DNA of 13,751 nt from Candidatus Methylomirabilia bacterium. GTDB taxonomy: Bacteria; Methylomirabilota; Methylomirabilia; Rokubacteriales; CSP1-6. A program made the position numbers and the translations under genes. The notes under the pieces were generated by a model. That model made no database searches, was not told the origin of the DNA, and saw only the letters and a program-made list of their open reading frames with translations. This document shows positions 8,199 through 13,751 of this stretch, piece by piece (the first letter of the stretch is position 1; every line of letters starts with the position of its first letter). The DNA lies in contig JBGPXN010000116.1 of the NCBI GenBank assembly GCA_041492755.1, forward strand, positions 1 to 13,751, in the 5' to 3' direction.

Positions 8199-8371
8199 CT
8201 GACGAGCGCGGTCGACACGCACCACGCCGAGGTCCGGTTTGGCTGGAGCTCGCCGCGCCGGACGGCGCCATCGTCGTCGCCGGGATCGACGTCGGCGCTC
8301 TCGCGCCCGACGGGCGGCTGCGGCGCATCACCGGCTTCTTCGGCGAGCTGCCGAAGGAGGCGGCCGCCTGA
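8199..8371 (+). pseudogene. SnoaL/NTF2-like protein, C-terminal remnant with frameshift
   Basis: LTSAVDTHHAEVRFGW / ELAAPDGAIVVAGIDVGALAPDGRLRRITGFFG; the two parts are split by one missing G at about 8246 (tgg-ag); N-terminal half absent. Confidence 0.7.
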
Positions 8372-8433
8372 GTCAGATCAGGACGTGATGCACGACTGAG
8401 CGGGCCCGTCGCCGGATGACGCCGTCGTCGCGG

Positions 8434-9276
8434 TTACGACGGCGTTCTGGCGGCGAGCCGGCGAAGCGCGGCGTCGGTTGCCTCGTCGGCCGGGAAGAAG
8501 CACTCGGCGCGCAGCTCGTGCAGGGTGATGTCGTAGGGCGTGCCGAAGCTGGCGAGGATCGTGAAGAAGCTGAAGCGCGTGTCGTCGCGGCGAAGCTCGA
8601 TGGCGAGGAACGGCACCATCGACGCGTCCACGTCGAGGGTCTGCCAGTGGCGCGGGACGTCGGGATAGGACAGCAGCTCGTCCAGAAGGCGACGCGTCTC
8701 GGCATCGCCGGTGCGGATCAGATCGCGATGCAGCCACTGGATGAACGCCGCCGCGGTGGTTTCCCAGTTGGCGATGAACGGCCGCAGGGCCTGCGGATGG
8801 TAGCTCAGCCGCATGGCGTTCGGTGGTCCCAGCGCCGCGGTGGTGGCGGGATCCAGGAAGAGTCCCATGACGCGGCCCATGGCCTCGTTCGTCAGCAGGA
8901 TGTTCCAGTGACGATCGAGGACCATCGCGGGGTAGGGCTCCTGCTGGCGGAGCAGGAACTCGAGCGCGCGGTGCACCTGCGCCATCTCCGGGGAGTCCAG
9001 CGCCGTCTCGCGATAGACCGCAGCGTACCCCGCGGCCGTCAAGAGCTCGTTGCGGGCCCGGAGGGGAACGTCGAGCGCGCGCGAAAGCAGCAGCACCATC
9101 TCGCGGCTGGGCTGGGTGCGACCGGTTTCGAGGAAGCTCAGGTGGCGCGTCGACACTTCGGCCTCGACGGCCAGACCGAGCTGACTCATCCGGCGCCGCT
9201 CGCGCCACTGCTTGAGCAGTCGGCCGAACCCGCTGGCTCCGCGCTGCGGTCGCGCCGTCCCGCCCTCGGTTTTCAC
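8434..9276 (-). CDS. XRE-family HTH regulator with MmyB-like ligand-binding domain
   Basis: FGRLLKQWRERRRMSQLGLAVEAEVSTRHLSFLETGRTQPSREMV, QEPYPAMVLDRHWNI, FGTPYDITLHELRAECFFPAD. Probable GTG start 9276. Confidence 0.93.
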   Translation of the reverse strand: MKTEGGTARPQRGASGFGRLLKQWRERRRMSQLGLAVEAEVSTRHLSFLETGRTQPSREMVLLLSRALDVPLRARNELLTAAGYAAVYRETALDSPEMAQVHRALEFLLRQQEPYPAMVLDRHWNILLTNEAMGRVMGLFLDPATTAALGPPNAMRLSYHPQALRPFIANWETTAAAFIQWLHRDLIRTGDAETRRLLDELLSYPDVPRHWQTLDVDASMVPFLAIELRRDDTRFSFFTILASFGTPYDITLHELRAECFFPADEATDAALRRLAARTPS

Positions 9277-9310
9277 GGCGGCCAATATACGCGGGCGCCG
9301 TCCGGCGAGC

Positions 9311-9331
9311 CAATTACATTGCAGGTAATTG
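9311..9331. promoter_or_regulatory. Palindromic operator CAATTAC-N7-GTAATTG between the divergent regulator and dehydrogenase
   Basis: Perfect 7-bp inverted repeat with a 7-bp spacer, AT-rich in GC-rich context, next to the regulator's -10 (TATATT, 9289-9284, minus strand). Confidence 0.75.
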
Positions 9332-9375
9332 CGTCGGCCCGGCGTGACGCCCAGGATGCGCGCAGGAGGCCGCCC

Positions 9376-10347
9376 ATGCTCACCGTTGCCTTCGCCGGAA
9401 CCTTCGCCGCCAGCCTCGAAAAGCCGGTCCGGGCTCACCTCGGGGCGCCATGTCGGGTCGTCGTGGCCGACGAGGTTGGAATCGTCTCGCAGCTCTCGGA
9501 CGTCGACGTGCTGGTCACCCTCGCGTTCACGCGTGAGATGGCGGCCGCGGCGCGCCGGCTGAAGCTGGTCCAGGTCCCGGGCGCCGGCCTGGACCGCATC
9601 GATCGCTCGGCGTTGCCACCGGGGACGGCGCTGGCGAACGCTTACGGCCACGAGACCGGCATCGCCGAGTACGTCATGGGCGCGATGCTCGCGCTCACGC
9701 GGGACTTCTCCAGGCTCGACGGCGCGCTGCGCGCGGGGCGGTGGGAGAGCCAGTGGGCGGTGGGTCCGCCCCCGCCGGCGCCGTGGCCGGAGCTGGCGGG
9801 CAAGACGGTCGGAATTCTCGGTTACGGACGGATCGGGCAAGGCGTGGCCCGGCGCGCCCGCGTGTTCGACATGGAGGTCTGCGCCATCCGTCGCGACGTC
9901 ACGCGCTCGGCCGGCGACGGGCTCGCGCTCCTGGGTGGCCTCGACGTCCTCGACGAGGTCCTCCGCCGTTCCGACTACGTGGTTGTCACCATCCCGGCCA
10001 CGCCGGCCACGCGCGGGCTGCTCGGCGAAAAGCAGCTCGGCACGATGAAGCGCACGGCCATGCTGATCAACGTCTCACGCGGGGAGATCGTCGACGAGCA
10101 GGCGCTCTATCGCGCGCTCGCCGACGGGACGATCGCCGCCGCCGCGCTCGACGTCTGGTACCGGTATCCACTGGATTCCGGCCCGACACCGCCGGCGCAC
10201 GAACCGTTCCACGAGCTGCCGAACGTGCTCATGACGCCGCACGTGTCGGGCTGGACGGAAGGCATGCTGCAGGCGCGGGCCAGGCTCATCGCCGAGAACA
10301 TCGAGCGCACGGCCCGCGGTGAGCCGCCGATGAATCTGGTTCCCTGA
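9376..10347 (+). CDS. D-isomer-specific 2-hydroxyacid dehydrogenase
   Basis: SD AGGAGG (9364-9369), ATG 9376. GAGLDRID, IAEYV, GILGYGRIG, LINVSRG, AALDVW, TPHVSG. Confidence 0.95.
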   Translation: MLTVAFAGTFAASLEKPVRAHLGAPCRVVVADEVGIVSQLSDVDVLVTLAFTREMAAAARRLKLVQVPGAGLDRIDRSALPPGTALANAYGHETGIAEYVMGAMLALTRDFSRLDGALRAGRWESQWAVGPPPPAPWPELAGKTVGILGYGRIGQGVARRARVFDMEVCAIRRDVTRSAGDGLALLGGLDVLDEVLRRSDYVVVTIPATPATRGLLGEKQLGTMKRTAMLINVSRGEIVDEQALYRALADGTIAAAALDVWYRYPLDSGPTPPAHEPFHELPNVLMTPHVSGWTEGMLQARARLIAENIERTARGEPPMNLVP

Positions 10348-10368
10348 TCCGAACAGGCCGTGCATCCT

Positions 10369-11688
10369 ATGGCGACCGTGCCGAGCCTCGGGTCCCGCGT
10401 GCGTCGCCTGCCGTTCTTCTATGGCTGGGTCATCGTCGCCGTCGCCTTCGTCTCGATGGGCATCGGCGTCAACGCGCGCACCGCCTTCTCGCTGCTCTTC
10501 CCGCCGATCCTCGACGAGTTCGGCTGGGAGCGCGGGGTGACCGCCGGCGCCTTCTCCTTCGGCTTCCTCGTCTCCGCCGCCCTCAGCCCCTCGCTGGGCC
10601 GGCTGATGGATCGCCGCGGGCCCCGCGTCGTGATGGAGCTCGGCATCGGCCTCATGACGATCGGCTTGCTGCTCGCCCCGCTCGTGCGCCAACCCTGGCA
10701 CCTGTACGCGACCCTTGGCGTGCTCGTCGGCGGCGGCAGCGTGTGCCTCGGCTACACCGGGCAAGCGTTGTTCCTTCCCAACTGGTTCGTGCGCCGGCGG
10801 GGGCTGGCGATCAGCGTCGCGTACTCGGGGGTCGGCGTCGGATCGATCATCCTGCTCCCGTGGGTGCAGACGTTGATCGGCGGCGTGGGCTGGCGGTCCG
10901 CCTGCTGGGCCCTCGGCATCCTGCTCCTCGTCGTGCTGGCGCCGCTCAATCTGCTGCTGACGCGCCGGCCGGAGGATCTCGGCCTCGAGCCCGATGGTGA
11001 CCGCGCCGCGCGCGTCGTCGGCGGCGGCCACAAGGTCGACAACGTCGTGGACGCGGTCTGGGCCGCCGTCGACTGGACGCTGGCCCGCGCGATGCGTACG
11101 GCGCGCTTCTGGTGGCTGGTGGTGGGATTCTTCTGGGCCCTGTTTGCCTGGTACGCGGTGCAAGTTCACCAGACGCGCTACCTGGTGGAGATCGGCTTCA
11201 GCCCGACGTACGCGGCCTGGGCGCTCGGGTTCGTGAGCCTGGCCGGCATTCCGGGCCAGATCGCGCTCGGCCACATCTCGGACCGCATCGGGCGCGAATG
11301 GGTGTGGACGGTCGGCAATCTCGGCTTCGCGCTCTGCTACCTCGCGCTCCTCGCCCTCGAGCATGGGCCGACGCCGGCGCTCCTCTACTTCATGGTCATC
11401 TCGCAAGGCCTGCTCGGCTACGGCCTGACGTCCGTGATCGGCGCCATCCCGGCCGAGATCTTCCAGGGCCGGCACTACGGCACGATCTTCGGGACGTTGA
11501 TGTTGGCGTCGATCGCCGGCGGTGCCGCCGGGCCCTGGGCCACGGGCATGGTGCACGACGTCACCGGCAGCTACACGCTCGCGTTCTGGATCGCCATCGC
11601 CGGCTGCGTGCTCTCCGCGGTCGCCATCTGGCTGGCGGCGCCGCGCAAGGTGCGCGCGGTCGCGGGGCGCGTCGCGGCGAGGACGTAG
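10369..11688 (+). CDS. MFS transporter (OFA/MCT-like)
   Basis: FYGWVIV start, motif A GRLMDRRGPR and GHISDRIGR, WFVRRRGLA, about 12 TM helices. Alternative start GTG 10360. Confidence 0.95.
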   Translation: MATVPSLGSRVRRLPFFYGWVIVAVAFVSMGIGVNARTAFSLLFPPILDEFGWERGVTAGAFSFGFLVSAALSPSLGRLMDRRGPRVVMELGIGLMTIGLLLAPLVRQPWHLYATLGVLVGGGSVCLGYTGQALFLPNWFVRRRGLAISVAYSGVGVGSIILLPWVQTLIGGVGWRSACWALGILLLVVLAPLNLLLTRRPEDLGLEPDGDRAARVVGGGHKVDNVVDAVWAAVDWTLARAMRTARFWWLVVGFFWALFAWYAVQVHQTRYLVEIGFSPTYAAWALGFVSLAGIPGQIALGHISDRIGREWVWTVGNLGFALCYLALLALEHGPTPALLYFMVISQGLLGYGLTSVIGAIPAEIFQGRHYGTIFGTLMLASIAGGAAGPWATGMVHDVTGSYTLAFWIAIAGCVLSAVAIWLAAPRKVRAVAGRVAART

Positions 11689-11882
11689 TGTCCCGGCCGG
11701 GTCATGCGCAGGTGGAGATAGACCAACAGGTCGGGTCGCGACGTTCCGTCATCAAACCCGGCGCATCCGGGTGTCGCCGTGCGGAATCATAGTTCGGCGT
11801 CCTATCCAACGTATCGGAATCGGCAGCTTGTGTGATCCAGGCTCGTCATCTACGCTCTCGGCCGACAGAGGCGAGCCGCCGC

Positions 11883-12384
11883 ATGACCACCTTTCACGGG
11901 AAGCTTCCGCTCTCGTCCGCCGGGCGCTCCGCTCGTGCCACGTCAACCCGGCGCTCGCCCGCGCCCTCCACCGCGCGGGTCCGGGTGCACCTCAAGCCTG
12001 GCCAGAAGGGGACGAAGCAGCTTCTCGCACGGTACGGTGAGCGTCTCATCTGCGTGCGCTATCGCTACGATGCGCAGCGCAAGAAGCGCTTCAAAACCGT
12101 CGAGCTCCTCGTCGCCGAGCGTGACTGGGAACCGCCAAGATCGCGCTTTGCCCCCGACCAGATCGTCGGGTTACGCGTCGCCTTTGCGACATGGCAGTCC
12201 GCGGCCAGGTGAAGCAGGCAGGTGGAGCTGGAATCCAGAGCGAAGGGTCTGGCAGTCGCCCTTCGATCGCGTGGTCGCGCTCGGCCTGAAGAGCCGCATC
12301 GTCAACGAACCGGCATCCAACAGTGGATGCTCGGGGTCACGCAAAGAAAATCTCCATGTAGATGCCCCGGCGGCATCCGAGTAA
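11883..12384 (+). pseudogene. Small basic hypothetical protein (LKPGQKGTK...CVRYRYD family), two single-base frameshifts
   Basis: RVHLKPGQKGTKQLLARYGERLICVRYRYDAQRKKRFKTVELLVAERDWEP...IVGLRVAF / DMAVRGQVKQAGG / WNPERRVWQSPFDRVVALGLKSRIV. Continuity requires adding one base at about 12187 and one at about 12228. Confidence 0.7.
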
Positions 12385-12430
12385 AGATGCTGGCATCCAC
12401 TGTTGTATGCCGGCATCTACAGTAGGAGCA
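12313..12430. repeat. Array of 18-bp palindromic units GCATC-N8-GATGC
   Basis: Units at 12313 GCATCCAACAGTGGATGC, 12348 aaATCTCCATGTAGATGC, 12373 GCATCCGAGTAAAGATGC, 12393 GCATCCACTGTTGTATGC, 12413 GCATCTACAGTAGGAGCA (degenerate). 12373/12393/12413 have a 20-bp period and 12313 is in the same phase. Confidence 0.8.
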
Positions 12431-12445
12431 GATGACGACCTTGCA

Positions 12446-12463
12446 GTCGAATAGTAGTTGAAC
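12446..12463 (+). other. attI-like recombination site (core GTTGAAC)
   Basis: GTCGAATAGTA-GTTGAAC; the core fits GTTRRRY and coincides with the left end of the downstream element. Confidence 0.45.
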
Positions 12464-12470
12464 TAAACCG

Positions 12471-12575
12471 CTGGAGGTCTGGCGCCTGCTCCACGCCTGC
12501 CCGCGCGTCCGCGACCGCCTCCTGCTCGCCACCACCTACGCCGCCGGCCTGCGGGTGAGCGAGCTGGTCCACCTG
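12471..12575 (+). pseudogene. Tyrosine recombinase fragment (box I, catalytic Arg)
   Basis: LEVWRLLHACPRVRDRLLLATTYAAGLRVSELVHL contains the YxxGLRxSE motif; no start codon, N-terminal domain or HxLR/Y region. Confidence 0.85.
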
Positions 12576-12651
12576 CCCCGTCTGCCACCAGGGCTCGCTC
12601 CGGCGCGTCGAGCGTCTCCTCCCCAACCCGTCGCCCTGGGACACCTCGTGA
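12571..12651 (+). pseudogene. C-terminal tail resembling an IS91-family transposase
   Basis: TCPVCHQGSLRRVERLLPNPSPWDTS*: a CPxC..G zinc-ribbon half, Pro-rich linker and DTS end, as I recall for recombinase-associated IS91 transposases. Only 26 aa. Confidence 0.55.
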
Positions 12652-12814
12652 GCTCTCGTCGCCCCGCCCTGGCCCTCACCGCCGCGACGCCCGGCCGTCC
12701 GGCCTTCACGGCCGGTCTGCCCCGCCGTCAGCCGCCTCACCATTCGTGCCGGTTTCTCAACGCCCCCGCCAGCGCTAGAATCCCCCTACGCCGTCCAACG
12801 CGCAGAGGGGTTTA

Positions 12815-12942
12815 GTCCAACTGGTTTTATCCGTCATGCACGGGCGTGATCGACGAGACTGCGCGCGGCGCCGCCCTCGAGCCCCGCGCGTCGAGGACCA
12901 TGCGCCGGCGACGCATGACGGATAAAAGCCTGAACGTTCGGC
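12815..12942 (+). other. attC-like hairpin
   Basis: R''-like GTCCAAC (RYYYAAC, 12815-12821); perfect 15-bp stem TTTTATCCGTCATGC (12825-12839) / GCATGACGGATAAAA (12913-12927); R'-like GTTCGGC (12936-12942, one mismatch to GTTRRRY). Length 128 bp. Confidence 0.55.
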
Positions 12943-13007
12943 AGATTCGGTCAGGCGAGGCGCCGGGCCGCGCATCGTATACTCGTGCATCCGGAGGGCA
13001 CATCCGC

Positions 13008-13217
13008 TTGATCACCTTCAAGGTCGAGCTCGAACGCGAGGACGACGGCCGCTGGCTCGCCGAGGTCGTTGAACTTCCCGGCGTTCTCGCGTACGGCGAA
13101 ACACAGGAGGCGGCCCTCTCACGAGTTCAGGCGCTCGCGCTGCGCGTCATCGCCGAGCGGCTGGAGCAGGGCGAGGCGGGACCTGAACTCCTGAGCACCT
13201 CCTTCAACGCGGCGTGA
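13008..13217 (+). CDS. hicB: HicB family antitoxin (short, no DNA-binding domain), 69 aa
   Basis: FKVELEREDDGRWLAEVVELPGVLAYGETQEAALSRVQALAL. -10 TATACT (12978-12983), SD GGAGG (12993-12997), TTG start. Confidence 0.88.
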   Translation: MITFKVELEREDDGRWLAEVVELPGVLAYGETQEAALSRVQALALRVIAERLEQGEAGPELLSTSFNAA

Positions 13218-13387
13218 GCGCGTGGCGCAGTACCCGCGCTCGCCGGGTACTGGCGGCCCTGCTGCGGATTGGCTGGGTGGTCAAGCGTCAGTCGGGTTCG
13301 CACCGAACGCTATCCCGCACGGGCTGGGAACGGCTGTGGATCCTTGCAAGCATCTCCTCGGCCTTGATGTCGGCTATCCTCATCTGA
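13214..13387 (+). pseudogene. hicA: HicA family toxin, truncated after codon 38
   Basis: GTGA overlap with hicB. VSAWRSTRARRVLAALLRIGWVVKRQSGSHRTLSRTGW (GSH motif), then an unrelated hydrophobic tail ERLWILASISSALMSAILI*. Not in the supplied ORF track. Confidence 0.8.
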
Positions 13388-13568
13388 TTCAAATTCTGGC
13401 CGACGACCAGATCGAACGGCGCGACAGCCGGCTGGTGACTGTCTCCGCCAACGTGGCCTGTCCGCACACCGGCAAAATCTGGTACACATTTGGAGGCTAT
13501 CCAGCCGCGAGCCAAGGGAATTGGCACGGGCTTGAGTGGCCCTGGGCAGATTGAGGCCTGCGGCGCCT

Positions 13569-13751
13569 ATGCCAGATCCGGTAATCACCCGCCTGGAGCA
13601 GGTCACCCCTGAGTGGCTGACCGAAGTGCTCACCCGCAACGGCGCCCTGGCGCAGGGGGCCGTGGCGGCGTTTGACGTGGACACCGGCCGCGGCAACTGG
13701 TCCACCAATGCCAGCCTGCGGGTGCGCTACGTCGAGGGAGCGCAGGGCGCC
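13569..13751 (+). CDS. Probable phosphotransferase (APH/EcKinase-like), 3'-partial
   Basis: MPDPVITRLEQVTPEWLTEVLTRNGALAQGAVAAFDVDTGRGNWSTNASLRVRY: the TPEWLT N-terminus is typical of this family; open to the window end. Confidence 0.65.
   Translation, partial: MPDPVITRLEQVTPEWLTEVLTRNGALAQGAVAAFDVDTGRGNWSTNASLRVRYVEGAQGA

Larger units (their letters stand above)
12457..12936 (+). mobile_element. Miniature non-autonomous derivative of a tyrosine-recombinase + IS91-family transposase element
   Basis: Inverted repeats GTTGAACTAAACCGCT (12457-12472) and AGGGGTTTAGTCCAAC (12806-12821), 14/16 match. Inside are a recombinase box-I fragment fused to a transposase-like tail; an attC-like hairpin follows. 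Confidence 0.6.

Noticed and set aside
8416..9375. N-terminal half of the 643-aa ORF, suggesting a fusion dehydrogenase
   Set aside because: Antisense to the XRE/MmyB gene; the real start is ATG 9376 with AGGAGG.
10075..11556. 493-aa minus-strand ORF and similar long alternative-frame ORFs (335-1165, 7102-8088, 7166-8371)
   Set aside because: Shadows of real genes caused by high GC and few stop codons.
11689..11770. Minus-strand peptide FDDGTSRPDLLVYLHLRMT resembling the Fpg/Nei HLxMxG motif
   Set aside because: Too short and lacks the Gly; cannot be told apart from chance.
12313..12430. CRISPR array
   Set aside because: Units are 18-20 bp with only 8 variable bases, no spacer-length unique sequence and no cas genes.
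12471..12575. Integron integrase intI
   Set aside because: Only a box-I scrap, inside the IR-bounded element and co-oriented with it; no IntI-specific insertion is visible.
13288..13554. ORFs 13222-13554 (+) and 13288-13527 (-)
   Set aside because: Both cross the 13328 junction and show no recognisable family motif.

Overview
High-GC bacterial DNA; the gene repertoire is reminiscent of Candidatus Rokubacteria/Methylomirabilota (inference only). 1-1951: BNR/beta-propeller gene (5' end outside the window) coupled to a MoaD/ThiS gene, a 5'-truncated SRPBCC remnant and a DoxX gene. 1960-2380: mosaic of three unrelated gene scraps (serine hydrolase N-terminus, GroEL C-terminus, GH94/NdvB piece). 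2381-5089: small-protein cluster around an AT-rich divergent promoter, with an RRM RNA-binding protein and two hypotheticals leftward, and rpsU, a protein with a MuF-like CxxC...PPLHPGCRC motif and an RHH-like protein rightward. 5213-11688: amidohydrolase remnant, two SDRs, alpha/beta hydrolase, SnoaL remnant, and an MmyB-type XRE regulator with a palindromic operator divergent from a D-2-hydroxyacid dehydrogenase and an MFS transporter. 11780-13390 is the most unusual part, an integron-like platform with no intI in view: a frameshifted small basic gene, a phased array of 18-bp GCATC-N8-GATGC palindromes, an attI-like GTTGAAC site, a ~480-bp deletion derivative of a tyrosine-recombinase + IS91-transposase element with terminal inverted repeats and an attC-like hairpin, and a hicBA cassette whose hicA is cut off. 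The window ends in the start of a phosphotransferase-like gene. All family calls are by eye from motifs; no database searches were run.
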